Of a stretch of DNA of 64,000 nucleotides, positions 22,369-33,746 are shown one piece after another. This DNA is from an uncultured Bdellovibrionales bacterium. GTDB taxonomy: Bacteria > Patescibacteriota > Minisyncoccia > Moranbacterales > UBA1568. The notes below the pieces were generated by a model. The model was not told where the DNA came from, searched no databases, and saw only the letters and a program-made list of their open reading frames with translations. Made by a program: the position numbers and the translations under genes. Every line of letters begins with the position of its first letter. The first letter of the stretch is position 1. The DNA lies in NCBI GenBank assembly GCA_964384235.1, contig CAYLJX010000003.1, positions 72,389 through 136,388 on the forward strand, in the 5' to 3' direction.

Positions 22369-22382
22369 AACTTTCAGTTCAA

Positions 22383-22703
22383 TTATATTAATGCTTCCAC
22401 GCCGCCCTGATAATTCTTGAGAAACTGGTGCACTTCGAGCACCTGGTCCGACGAGATCGCCTCGCCCTGGAACGCTCCCCTCGCCTCGCTGCTCTCCAGA
22501 TCGGTGAGTACCCCGACGCTCATGGCACCGAGCTGCCCGAGCGAAACCGAGACCAGGGTCGACACGCGGCACCCCTCGCACGTCAGGTGGAGCGTGGTGC
22601 GCTTGTCGTCCTCGTCCAGGACGAGCATCTTGACCGGCCGGTACTTCTTGTTGCAGACCGGACAGCGGATGAGAGGCTGGATGTTTTCCAACGGCATTTT
22701 CAT
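22383..22703 (-). CDS. Hypothetical zinc-ribbon protein
   Basis: CPVC...HLTCEGC; promoter TTGACC-17-TACACT at 22754-22782; 14 nt upstream of rplY. Confidence 0.8.
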   Translation of the reverse strand: MKMPLENIQPLIRCPVCNKKYRPVKMLVLDEDDKRTTLHLTCEGCRVSTLVSVSLGQLGAMSVGVLTDLESSEARGAFQGEAISSDQVLEVHQFLKNYQGGVEALI

Positions 22704-22787
22704 GTACGTAGTCTATCAAAAATGCCCCAAGGGGGAAACTTTTGAGTACAAGCAGTGTATCAGAAAGCCTTTTTCCGGTCAAGAAAG

Positions 22788-22910
22788 GACAAAAAGAACG
22801 GGTGCCTCCGAGTTCCGGAAAGCACCCTCCTGCAGTTTTGTCCCCGACGCAGTCACGGGCAGCATCCTCCTTCGGTCTATCTCACGACAGTCCTTGACTT
22901 CCGAGGTGAC
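22788..22910 (-). ncRNA. Candidate stand-alone small RNA (~120 nt)
   Basis: Promoter TTGACA-18-TACAGT (extended TG) at 22917-22946, GNRA hairpin CTGTC-GTGA-GATAG, terminator GGGTGCTTTCCG...CGGAGGCACCC-GTTCTTTTT. Confidence 0.5.
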
Positions 22911-22950
22911 GGAAAGACTGTAGCAAAGAGAAGCGGAAAGTGTCAATACG

Positions 22951-22978
22951 AAAAAGAGCTGACACGCGTCAGCTCTTT
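22951..22978. terminator. Terminator after gyrB
   Basis: AAAGAGCTGAC-acgc-GTCAGCTCTTT. Confidence 0.8.
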
Positions 22979-23014
22979 ATACGTAATACAAAATACGTGA
23001 TACCGGATACGGCG

Positions 23015-25135
<2,121 letters not shown>

Positions 25136-25151
25136 ACGAGATGCAATCTCG

Positions 25152-25538
25152 TTACTCGGTATCGCTTTGCAAAAGATGTCTGAAAGAAAATTCGATGAGG
25201 AGTACTGCCGCCAGAAGAAGGAGACTGTCCCACCAGGTGAGGATGCGTCCATACTGGAACGCTGCGACAAGCACCAGATACAACGCGATGAGAAAGGCCT
25301 GCCGAAACGCCCCACCCAAGTGATGGGCCGCGCTGTGCTCGCCGAGACCCTTGCGATACATCCAGGTCATCATGAGTGTGAGAAACCCGATGAGCGTCGC
25401 GAACAGACTGACGAAAAAGAGTCCTACGCCCACGGTACTCGCCTGTTCCGGATCAAGCGCGAAGACTATCCCGAGCCAAGCCGAAAGAGCCAAGAGCGTA
25501 AACAACCGGATTCCCCACAAATACCCCGCGAGAGACAT
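25152..25538 (-). CDS. Hypothetical 4-TM membrane protein
   Basis: Four hydrophobic segments; start set to MSLAGY. Confidence 0.8.
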   Translation of the reverse strand: MSLAGYLWGIRLFTLLALSAWLGIVFALDPEQASTVGVGLFFVSLFATLIGFLTLMMTWMYRKGLGEHSAAHHLGGAFRQAFLIALYLVLVAAFQYGRILTWWDSLLLLAAVLLIEFSFRHLLQSDTE

Positions 25539-25669
25539 AGTCGAAAAATTCAAAAAAGACTCTTCTTTTTCTCAAGCCTCCATACCCTATTTTAGCCTTT
25601 TTTCAGAAAAAGAGCAACCTAAAAAAGTAGCCAATTTATGCTTTGAATGAGAGAAAAATCGTAAGGACA

Positions 25670-25801
25670 GATCTCCTTTTTCGGAGTCTTGAAGATCCGA
25701 AAGCGGGCATGGTTCCGCCGAAGAGGCGGAGAGCGAAGGAGCTTCAGGAGTGAGGTTGCACGCCGGGCAACCGAGCGACTCCGAAAAGGGAGGCTGGCCG
25801 G
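25670..25801. repeat. Dispersed structured element family B, copy 1
   Basis: Terminal CTTTTCGGAGTC...GACTCCGAAAAG; second copy at 49925-50056. Confidence 0.88.
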
Positions 25802-25904
25802 CGATATGAACTACCCGTCCGTATCCGAGAACCGTACGGCGAGGAAAGAGAAACAAAGAGCGGAAAGGAAAAGAAAAACCGGCATTCAAAGCCGGTTTTT
25901 CTCA

Positions 25905-26462
25905 TTAGGCTCGAGAGACGTACGTGCCTTTTTCGGTGTTGATGATGAGGCTGTCTCCGGTCTTGATGAAGAGAGGCGTCGTCACCTGGAGACCAGTTTC
26001 GAGCGTCACCACCTTGTCCCCGCCCGAGGCCGTGTCGCCCTTGATGCCGGGAGGCGCATCGGTCACCTTGAGCGTCACCTTGACTGGGATCTCGACGTTG
26101 ATCGGCTGGCCATCGAAGTTGAGCACGGTCACTTCCGTCCCCTCGACGAGGTAGTCAGCGATATGGCCGAGCACGTTCTTGGAAAGCGAGAACTGGTCGT
26201 AGTCTTCCTGATCCATGAACTGATAGTCATCGCCCTCATGGTAGAGGTACTGGGCTTGGGATTTGACGATCTCCGTCTCCTCGACCTTGTCGGCCCCTTG
26301 GAACGTGTGGTCGATGATACCGCCCGTGAGGAGGTTCTTGAGCTTGGTCCGAAGCACCGCGCCGGCCCGCCCCATCTTGGAATGCTGGTAGTCCATGACG
26401 AGGTACGGCTCGCCGTTAAAAAGGATGCGCTTGCCGGTTTTTATTTCAGTGAGAGTCAACAT
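25905..26462 (-). CDS. efp: Elongation factor P
   Basis: KMGRAGA loop, PGIKGDTA, LETG..P.FI..GD. Confidence 0.97.
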   Translation of the reverse strand: MLTLTEIKTGKRILFNGEPYLVMDYQHSKMGRAGAVLRTKLKNLLTGGIIDHTFQGADKVEETEIVKSQAQYLYHEGDDYQFMDQEDYDQFSLSKNVLGHIADYLVEGTEVTVLNFDGQPINVEIPVKVTLKVTDAPPGIKGDTASGGDKVVTLETGLQVTTPLFIKTGDSLIINTEKGTYVSRA

Positions 26463-26465
26463 ACT

Positions 26466-26660
26466 TTAGCGGACAAGATAAGGAATCAATGCCATGTAAC
26501 GGGCGCGCTTGATGGCGTTCGCGAGGTGGCGCTGCTCCGTAGCGGAGAGACCGTAACGCTTCGGCGGATAGATTTTTCCCTGTGAGTTGAGGAACTTGCG
26601 CAGAAAATACGCGTCCTTGTAGTCGACTTTCTGCAGTTTTTTGGTCATCGCTGCTTCCAT
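26466..26660 (-). CDS. rpsR: 30S ribosomal protein S18
   Basis: VDYKD..LRKF...GKI, AIKRAR.MALIPY. Confidence 0.96.
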   Translation of the reverse strand: MEAAMTKKLQKVDYKDAYFLRKFLNSQGKIYPPKRYGLSATEQRHLANAIKRARYMALIPYLVR

Positions 26661-26700
26661 AGGTTATATGAATGAGGAATTAGGAATAATGAGTTACGTG

Positions 26701-26830
26701 GCTATGACTTTTGTCTTTTGGATGAGATGCGAGGAAACGCCGAGCACCGAACCGAGGCGTATAGGGAAATACGGCGAGGGAGGCGCGGAGGCGATTGACA
26801 AAGCAGCTCGCCAAAAACGAAAGTCAGAGC
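26701..26830. repeat. Family A hairpin element, copy 3
   Basis: Terminal inverted repeats; shares ACGCCGAGCACCGAACCGAG with 27358-27480. Confidence 0.8.
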
Positions 26831-27328
26831 TTAAAAAGGGACATCTTCGATCTTAATTTCCTCCTTTTCATCATCGAGATTGATGGTCGGGATCTCTTCT
26901 TCGACCGGGGCGCTCTTCTGTGCCGCGGCTCCTGCGCCTGCTCCGGCTGCTGCCGGCGCGGCGCTCCGAGCTCCCTGGTACCCGCCCTGACCCGAGCCTT
27001 GGGCGCGATTGCCGAGCTGCATGTTCTCGCCGACGATTTCCGTCACGGAACGTTCGGTGCCGTCCTTGGCCGTGTACTTTCTCGTCTGGAGACGTCCTTC
27101 GACGAAGCATTCCTGACCCTTGGTGAGGTACTGCCCGGCGATTTCCGCGAGCCGTCCCCAGAGCACGACGTTGTGGAACTCGGTGCGTTCCTGGCGCGTG
27201 CCACCCTTGTCCGTCCAGAAGCTGTTGGTTGCCATGGAGAACGACGCGACCGACTGCCCGCCCGGCGTGGTACGGATCTCCGGATCCCTCGTGAGCCGCC
27301 CGACGATGATCGCTTTGTTGACGTTCAT
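26831..27328 (-). CDS. ssb: Single-stranded DNA-binding protein
   Basis: NKAIIVGRLTRDPE, EGRLQTR, C-terminal DVPF. Confidence 0.98.
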   Translation of the reverse strand: MNVNKAIIVGRLTRDPEIRTTPGGQSVASFSMATNSFWTDKGGTRQERTEFHNVVLWGRLAEIAGQYLTKGQECFVEGRLQTRKYTAKDGTERSVTEIVGENMQLGNRAQGSGQGGYQGARSAAPAAAGAGAGAAAQKSAPVEEEIPTINLDDEKEEIKIEDVPF

Positions 27329-27357
27329 AACACTTGGTGAGATAAAGGTTGATTAAG

Positions 27358-27480
27358 AAAAATTTCATTTTTTGGATGCTATCCGAGGAGACGCCGAGCA
27401 CCGAACCGAGACGTACACATCGGTACGTTGAGGGAGGAGCGCAGGCAGTCGACAAAGGAGAGCGCCAAAAAATAAATTTT
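27358..27480. repeat. Family A hairpin element, copy 4
   Basis: Terminal inverted repeats; central ACGTAC...GTACGT hairpin. Confidence 0.8.
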
Positions 27481-27977
27481 TAAATGTCCAACTTCTCCTT
27501 GAGCTGCTGATCGATCTGTTCCTGGGAAACCGGCTTAACCTCTTCCTTGGGAGCGACCGGGGCCTGCGGCATCGGACGCACCGCACCGCGGCGCTCGTAG
27601 CGGCCGCTCCGAACCTCCGTGCGCGGACGTTCCACACGCTCGATCGGTTTGAGCTCAGGCAGGTCGTCGGCCCGCACCACGATGAAACGCAGCACGTCGG
27701 CATTGAGCTGAAGGGCGCGGTTGATCGTGGTAAGCGGATGGATTTCCGTCTCAACTTCCTTCTCATCGGCGTCCGGCAGCGTAAACCGGCGGGCGATATA
27801 GGTCCCGCGCACCTCTTTCTTCACCGGGTAGGCGAGCTTGCGCTTCTCCTCGGTCTGCGGCGGGAGAAATGTTCCGCCGTTCGACACCACGGTCTGCTCC
27901 ACGCCTTCGCGGATACCCGGAAGCGAAGCTTCCTTGGACTCTCCCACGAGATAAAACAATTCGTATTCTACAGCCAT
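27480..27977 (-). CDS. rpsF: 30S ribosomal protein S6
   Basis: YELFYL, KRKLAYPVKK, VLRFIVV; rpsF-ssb-rpsR order; start set to MAVEYE. Confidence 0.93.
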   Translation of the reverse strand: MAVEYELFYLVGESKEASLPGIREGVEQTVVSNGGTFLPPQTEEKRKLAYPVKKEVRGTYIARRFTLPDADEKEVETEIHPLTTINRALQLNADVLRFIVVRADDLPELKPIERVERPRTEVRSGRYERRGAVRPMPQAPVAPKEEVKPVSQEQIDQQLKEKLDI

Positions 27978-28182
27978 ATGACAGCTTCTAGCTTTCAGCT
28001 TCGTCAGCTTCTTAGCTTTATTAAAAAGTAAAAACCTGCCAACGAAGAAAATCTGCATCCGGCAGGATGATGCCGCTTCTATCCCTTCGATACACTCAGG
28101 GCGGAAGCCGCGTCGGACTTTCTCGGTTGTTTGCAGAGTCTATCACAGACTCTCCTTATTGGCAAGGGCCCTTTCTTGCGAC

Positions 28183-29400
28183 CTATTGCACACCGAGTCC
28201 CATCGGTGCGGCAGGCGGAGTGGTATCCCCGCCTCCACCGCTTGATGCAATAGTGATGGCGGTGCCGTTCGTGTTGCAGCTGTTGTTGTCGTCGCAGACG
28301 TACAGGTAGGCCGTGGATCCGTCGGAGAACGTTCCGGCATTCACGGTCGCGGTGATGCTCCCCGTACTCCAGACGGTCGGCTTCTGGTATTCACGCACCG
28401 TCGAGGCGGCATACGTGCTCGCGTTCCCCAACACGACACGGTTGAGACCATAGCTCAGGTAGACGTCGGCGAAGTAGCGGCGGTTGTTCGTACTGCGGGT
28501 ACGCGCATAGCCGCCGGCCGAGTCGACGACCAAACCGCCCTGTACTCCGCCGGCCAACACCGCCGTGATACCGACATAGGAATGATCGTACTGCTCCTGA
28601 TTGCGTGCCAGACTGCCGTCATTGACAAGGTCGAACCAGCCCGTCACATCGGAGTCGTCCCAGCGTGCCATGAACTCCTGCTTGATCCAGGCCTGCGTCG
28701 GGTACAGCTCGCAGCCAGACTCCCAGCAATAGATGAAGGGACCGTTGCCGTTGTTGTCCGGCCAGTCCATCGCCCGCGCACCGCAGCCGTATGGCGGTCC
28801 CGGAGTGATCTCGTCCGCATAACCATGCTGTCCCACGCCGGTGGTCGCCGAATCCCAAACCGTGCTCCCATAGCTCGTATAGAACGTGCAGCCTGAGAAG
28901 GGGGACGGTCCTGCCGTAAAAAGGTAGGTCTTAAAGTTGTTGTCGTCCCCGAACACCCAGTTCGGATGCACCCGATAGTAGAACGACATGAGCGTATAGA
29001 ATGGGTACCCGCTCGGGGTGGGTCTGTTCTTATCGATATTCACCCCGTTCGACGGGTTATCGGTATTGAGATGGACCCCGGTCAGATACTTGGTAATCCG
29101 GGGATGCGGCATCGCCACGCCGCCCACCCCTGTCGAATACGCCATATCATACGGGGCGCCGAGAGCCGTCGGACCGTACGAAGTCCACGGGGAGGACGCC
29201 AGACTCGAATACTGACCCTGATCGAACGCCACGGGAATGGCATTGGCACCGACCCCAAACCCCGAACCGCTTACCGTCACTGATCCGCCGTGCGACCAGG
29301 TACCACTCGTATTGCTAATACTCGGCGCAGCAGAAACTATGGACGGAAAAAGAACTACGGCAATGGTCAGGATGAACAGAAATGGGAGCGAATGTTTCAT
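28183..29400 (-). CDS. Secreted beta-rich protein (IPT/Ig-like segments around a jelly-roll-like core)
   Basis: Signal peptide MKHSLPFLFIL...VSA; C-terminus DTTPPAAPMGLGVQ. Confidence 0.8.
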   Translation of the reverse strand: MKHSLPFLFILTIAVVLFPSIVSAAPSISNTSGTWSHGGSVTVSGSGFGVGANAIPVAFDQGQYSSLASSPWTSYGPTALGAPYDMAYSTGVGGVAMPHPRITKYLTGVHLNTDNPSNGVNIDKNRPTPSGYPFYTLMSFYYRVHPNWVFGDDNNFKTYLFTAGPSPFSGCTFYTSYGSTVWDSATTGVGQHGYADEITPGPPYGCGARAMDWPDNNGNGPFIYCWESGCELYPTQAWIKQEFMARWDDSDVTGWFDLVNDGSLARNQEQYDHSYVGITAVLAGGVQGGLVVDSAGGYARTRSTNNRRYFADVYLSYGLNRVVLGNASTYAASTVREYQKPTVWSTGSITATVNAGTFSDGSTAYLYVCDDNNSCNTNGTAITIASSGGGGDTTPPAAPMGLGVQ

Positions 29401-29404
29401 ACCG

Positions 29405-30271
29405 TCATTGTACACTAAGCCCCGTCGGCGCGGCAGGCGGAATAGTATCAGACCCGCCCTGCGTCATCGTACCGGCTGACAGAGAACCGGCACCACCTGT
29501 TCCGGTATCCGTATAGATCTCAAAGTCGTCCCAATACAGGTAGTTGACTGCATCGTGAGCACAGCAGCCTTCCGATGCACTCCAGTTCGATCCCATTAAA
29601 AACGTCGTCCAACTGGGCGTATATGAGTAAAAACCGGACTGCGTCAGGGTATAACCAGTAACCTCTTTCTGAAGAACGTCGTCTTCCCAGAGGCGGATAA
29701 TCCCATTGGAGGCATGTTCATATATGTAGACTTCTATTTTATGCCAAGCACGGTCTCCGGCGTGAGAAATATCTCCCCAATAAGTTCCCAGCCATACTTC
29801 ACTGCTCGTGTTATATCCGGAAAACGCCCCTGTAATAGCCCCGTCTATGGGGTTGTTGTCGACCTGCAGATCAAGAAAAGTGGCTGAGTTTCCGAATCTG
29901 GCAATCTTCGGTCCTGTGCCTCCGTTCAGGCTTGCGTCGCGACGAATCCAAAAGCGGTACATGACCTCATTCGTATAAGACGCCATATCATTGAGTACCA
30001 TTGCGGTCTGGGTTCCAACTCCTGCCGAATTACCATCGCTTTCCCAGTTGCAGCGCGCCATATAGCTTCCGGAACGAGTCCCGGCCAATCCATCCGCGGC
30101 CGTCGTGACTGCGGAGCACTTCTCGTTTGGCGCATCCTGCGACCAGAGATTCGTGTTCCCCGATTCCCAGCCGTCATAGAACACCCGGCCGGCAGCGGAA
30201 GCGTCACTCGCGACAAGAAAACCGATGACAAGCGACAGGAGAAATTGCACTGAGAACAAGGATCGAGTCAT
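29405..30271 (-). CDS. Secreted polysaccharide-lyase/LamG-like beta-jelly-roll protein
   Basis: Signal peptide; FYDGWESG, WHKIEVY, GIIRLW.D, YWDDFEI pattern; C-terminus DTIPPAAPTGLSVQ. Confidence 0.75.
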   Translation of the reverse strand: MTRSLFSVQFLLSLVIGFLVASDASAAGRVFYDGWESGNTNLWSQDAPNEKCSAVTTAADGLAGTRSGSYMARCNWESDGNSAGVGTQTAMVLNDMASYTNEVMYRFWIRRDASLNGGTGPKIARFGNSATFLDLQVDNNPIDGAITGAFSGYNTSSEVWLGTYWGDISHAGDRAWHKIEVYIYEHASNGIIRLWEDDVLQKEVTGYTLTQSGFYSYTPSWTTFLMGSNWSASEGCCAHDAVNYLYWDDFEIYTDTGTGGAGSLSAGTMTQGGSDTIPPAAPTGLSVQ

Positions 30272-30304
30272 ATTAAAACTTCATTCTCCCTACAATTATA
30301 TACA

Positions 30305-30424
30305 GGACGTACGTCTTTGAGCACAGTTTGAGGCGCAAGCAAGGAGCGGAGTAAGCCGTACTGATGCAAGTACGGCGTCAAGCACCGGAGCTTGTAACAA
30401 AGAAATGTGCCAAAGATGTAGTCC
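30305..30424. repeat. Family A hairpin element, copy 2
   Basis: 30-nt core identical to 11852-11972; different but complementary terminal arms. Confidence 0.85.
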
Positions 30425-31717
30425 CTACAGGAGTTCCTTGTAGTGATCCGCCCAGTAAAGGATGCCGTTGATATAGGGCGCGTAGCTCGTGCCGAGGTAA
30501 GCGGCGGCGGCTTTCTTCCAAGCGCTCCGGTTCCCCTGGTCGACGCCGGGGACCTTGTCGAGCTTGAGGGCCATCGCCATCACGCCGTCGGTCAGGTTCC
30601 ACGGGCTCGGCGGACGATGTCCCGTAGCCGAAGCGACGGCGGACTTGTAGGCGTTCCAGGTGTCCGGCATAAACTGCGCGACGCCCATCGCTCCCCCGGT
30701 CCCGGTATAGCCGCGCGGATTGCATGACACCTTCTGTTTCTTGTAATCGATACCGAGCTCCTTGGTGATCCCCTTGAAAAGGTCGCGGCGCCACTGAAAA
30801 GTCTGCCAGGACCGCTTGGAGAGTTTTCCGGACTTGTAGTTTTTCTCCGCACCAGCCTCCACTTCTGCGTAGGTGCAACCACCCACATTAGCCCCGAGGT
30901 TGGTCTCCATCTTGAGCACGCCGAAGAGGAACCCTTTCGGTACGCCGGTTGCCTTGCTCGCGAACTCCACCGCCTCCTTGATATCCTTGGCGTTGTAGGA
31001 CTTGCCCAAGAGCTTGGCCAAATCGCCCTGCAATTCGTTGAGCTCGCGGTTCAGGCGGTTGATATCCGCCTGCTGCTCGTTGATATCGGACTGGGTTTCC
31101 GTTTTCTCCGAAGTCAGGATCGCCTTCTGTTTGTTCTTGAGAGCGATGAGTTCCTCATGGTCTTTCTTCACGTCTTCGAGAGAGACCTTCTCATCGGCCA
31201 CCCGGGCCTTCACGCTGGCAATCCCGCGCACCACCTCCTGCATCTTCTCCTGGGTCGAAAAGAGACTGTCGTTGTCCTGGAGAAAATCACCATCTTCCGA
31301 GAACATCACCTTGGCAAAGGGGACGTCCGTCGCGAAGTACATTTCCTGAAGAAGTTTTTTCAGGACCTCGCGTTCCAGCTTAAGCTGAAGTTCCAGGGTG
31401 GCGATTTCTTGTTCCTTCTGATCGATGGTCTGCTCGGTCGAAGTGAGGAGCACGAGCGTCTTCTGGATCACCTGCTGCGTCGAGGAGAGCGAAGAATTGA
31501 TCTGGCTCAGGTCCTGTTCCAGAGCTGTCTTCTTCTTGGTCGCGTCCTTGATCTTCTTCTCAAGCTTCTCGATGTCGTCCTGGATCTCATCCGCATCCTC
31601 TTCCGCAGACGCCAAACCGGCCCCGATCGGAGAAAGGACAAGCGGCGCAGCAATCACAAGACTCCCGAACAGGGTGAGCGCAAAGAAAAATCGTTTTTGT
31701 TTTGAGACAAAACCCAT
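30425..31717 (-). CDS. Coiled-coil protein with C-terminal lytic transglycosylase domain
   Basis: Signal peptide, long coiled coil, METNLG catalytic Glu, GAMGVAQFMPDTW. Confidence 0.9.
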   Translation of the reverse strand: MGFVSKQKRFFFALTLFGSLVIAAPLVLSPIGAGLASAEEDADEIQDDIEKLEKKIKDATKKKTALEQDLSQINSSLSSTQQVIQKTLVLLTSTEQTIDQKEQEIATLELQLKLEREVLKKLLQEMYFATDVPFAKVMFSEDGDFLQDNDSLFSTQEKMQEVVRGIASVKARVADEKVSLEDVKKDHEELIALKNKQKAILTSEKTETQSDINEQQADINRLNRELNELQGDLAKLLGKSYNAKDIKEAVEFASKATGVPKGFLFGVLKMETNLGANVGGCTYAEVEAGAEKNYKSGKLSKRSWQTFQWRRDLFKGITKELGIDYKKQKVSCNPRGYTGTGGAMGVAQFMPDTWNAYKSAVASATGHRPPSPWNLTDGVMAMALKLDKVPGVDQGNRSAWKKAAAAYLGTSYAPYINGILYWADHYKELL

Positions 31718-31935
31718 AGGGTTCCAGTATATCACAGGCCTTTTTTCAAGCCTTTTTCAGGATTTTTCCCTGGTCTTTCTCTGGTATTGACAACTTTTCA
31801 CGTTTGATGGATACTGGGGCGGTTGGTCATGTTACCCAATCCGACGCTTGGACACGATTCAAGGAAAGATTTCGTAGTATGATCACCCCTCTTTTTTTGT
31901 AGTTCCTTCAACAACGATCAGAGATAGGGAAGAAC

Positions 31936-32538
31936 ATGCGAGCACAACTCGATGCAGCACCTACAAACGAACAGCCGAAAAGGCATTTCATTTTCACCTG
32001 CTTCGATAATCGAATCGACGGCATCGTCCAACAAGAAGTCGAGAAAATCCGCTCCGCGGGAGGAATCATCGTCGAGAAATGCATCAACCGGCTGCCGGGG
32101 GGTGTTCATCTTCTGACGGAAAAAACCTGCCGAAACGCGTTTTACTATTCTCTTTCCACGCTTAGCGACGAGGGCATTGCCGGAATCGATGTATTCCATG
32201 TATGGCCACACACCGTCTGCAAGTTCTGCGGTATCCACCATAAGGAGAAGATCGGGACTGGAGTACAAAGCGATCTTCGTTTCCATCTCCGGAGCGCTGA
32301 AAAAATACACTCCGGAGCGCACGCACACTTCGCAACTCTTCCGATCGGTGAGCAGCCCGAGCTTGATGTCAGAATCATCCTCACCATCGATCAGAAGATC
32401 GTCACCATCGAAGAGGCCAACGAGCTTCTCCTAACCATCCCTCCTCACCACGGCCACGGTCATCCTTGCTGTCGGCCGGATGGAAAGGCCTCAATGTTCT
32501 GTTCCACTCCGAACGGCGGGGCAATCGGTCGTTTCTGA
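31936..32538 (+). CDS. Putative beta-carbonic-anhydrase-like metalloprotein
   Basis: C-x-D-x-R (TCFDNR) and H-x-x-C (HTVC); promoter TTGACA-17-GATACT at 31787-31815. Confidence 0.55.
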   Translation: MRAQLDAAPTNEQPKRHFIFTCFDNRIDGIVQQEVEKIRSAGGIIVEKCINRLPGGVHLLTEKTCRNAFYYSLSTLSDEGIAGIDVFHVWPHTVCKFCGIHHKEKIGTGVQSDLRFHLRSAEKIHSGAHAHFATLPIGEQPELDVRIILTIDQKIVTIEEANELLLTIPPHHGHGHPCCRPDGKASMFCSTPNGGAIGRF

Positions 32539-32568
32539 TCGCGCACAGCAACCAGGCAACGTCCACAA

Positions 32569-32604
32569 GAAAAGGCGGCCCCTCCCGGGACCGCCTTCTT
32601 TTTT
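32569..32604. terminator. Bidirectional terminator between orphan gene and recA
   Basis: AAGGCGG.CCC...GGG.CCGCCTT flanked by A/T runs. Confidence 0.7.
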
Positions 32605-32636
32605 ACTGTTTTCTCTTTGCTCTCTTTCCTTTCCCT

Positions 32637-33674
32637 TTACTCCCCTTCACCAGTGGAGATACTCATTTCTTTGGAAGCCTTCATGATTCCCTTCTCTATC
32701 TCCTTGGCCACCTTCGGGTTTTCCTTGAGAAAGGTCTTGGCGCTCTCGCGGCCGGCCCCGAGCTTCACGTCACCGTAGAGGAACGAGTTGCCGGATTTCT
32801 TGAGCACCTCGTACTTGACGCCCGTATCGAGGAGATCGCCCGCGAGCGAGATGCCTTCGTTGTACATGATGTCGAACTCTGCCGTCTTGAAAGGCGGGGC
32901 GACCTTGTTCTTGACCACCTTGGCTTTGACGCGGTTTCCCACCACTTCCTCACCCTTCTTGATCTGGGCGCTCCGGCGCACCTCGAGACGCACCGACGAG
33001 TAGAACTTGAGTGCCTGACCGCCAGTCGTCGTCTCGGGATTGCCGAACATGACACCGATCTTCATGCGGATCTGGTTGATGAAAATCACGACCACATTGG
33101 AACGGGCGATGATAGCGGTGAGCTTGCGCAGGGCCTGCGACATGAGGCGGGCCTGCCGACCGACATGGGTGTCGCCCATCTCGCCTTCGATCTCGGCCTT
33201 GGGGACAAGCGCCGCTACCGAGTCCACTACGATCACGTCCACCATGTTGGAACGTACGAGGGTCTCCACGATATCGAGCGCCTGCTCTCCCGAGTCCGGC
33301 TGCGAGATGAGGAGGTCGTTGATATTGACGCCGATGCGCTTGGCATATTCGGGATCGAGAGCGTGCTCCGCGTCGACGAAGGCCGCCACTCCGCCCGCCT
33401 TCTGGGCGTTTGCCACGATATGGAGGGTGAGCGTCGTCTTGCCGGAGGATTCCGGTCCGTAGATCTCGACGATGCGGCCGCGCGGCACCCCGCCGATACC
33501 GAAGGCGATGTCGAGCGAGACCGATCCGGTCGGAATCACCTCCACATCCACCTTGCGCACGTCGCCGAGCTTCATCATCATCCCCTCGCCGAACTTCTCC
33601 TGGATAGTAGAGAGGACACTGTCGATCTTCTTCTTGTCGTCCCCGTTCTTTTCGGACTTGGTTGCCTTCGCCAT
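32637..33674 (-). CDS. recA: Recombinase RecA
   Basis: [38 protein letters not shown]. Confidence 0.99.
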   Translation of the reverse strand: MAKATKSEKNGDDKKKIDSVLSTIQEKFGEGMMMKLGDVRKVDVEVIPTGSVSLDIAFGIGGVPRGRIVEIYGPESSGKTTLTLHIVANAQKAGGVAAFVDAEHALDPEYAKRIGVNINDLLISQPDSGEQALDIVETLVRSNMVDVIVVDSVAALVPKAEIEGEMGDTHVGRQARLMSQALRKLTAIIARSNVVVIFINQIRMKIGVMFGNPETTTGGQALKFYSSVRLEVRRSAQIKKGEEVVGNRVKAKVVKNKVAPPFKTAEFDIMYNEGISLAGDLLDTGVKYEVLKKSGNSFLYGDVKLGAGRESAKTFLKENPKVAKEIEKGIMKASKEMSISTGEGE

Positions 33675-33746
33675 AGTATTCCGTTCATTAAAACTTATAC
33701 TGGTGTTTACTTCACTTACATACTAACATACACAGAGAAATCCTGT

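Noticed and set aside
21703-22782. 359-aa ORF suggesting an N-terminally extended L25
   Set aside because: The extension overlaps the zinc-ribbon gene in another frame; L25 similarity starts at ATG 22368
25587-25889. Similar ORFs at 25587-25889 and 49817-50146
   Set aside because: Similarity comes only from translating through the non-coding family B repeat
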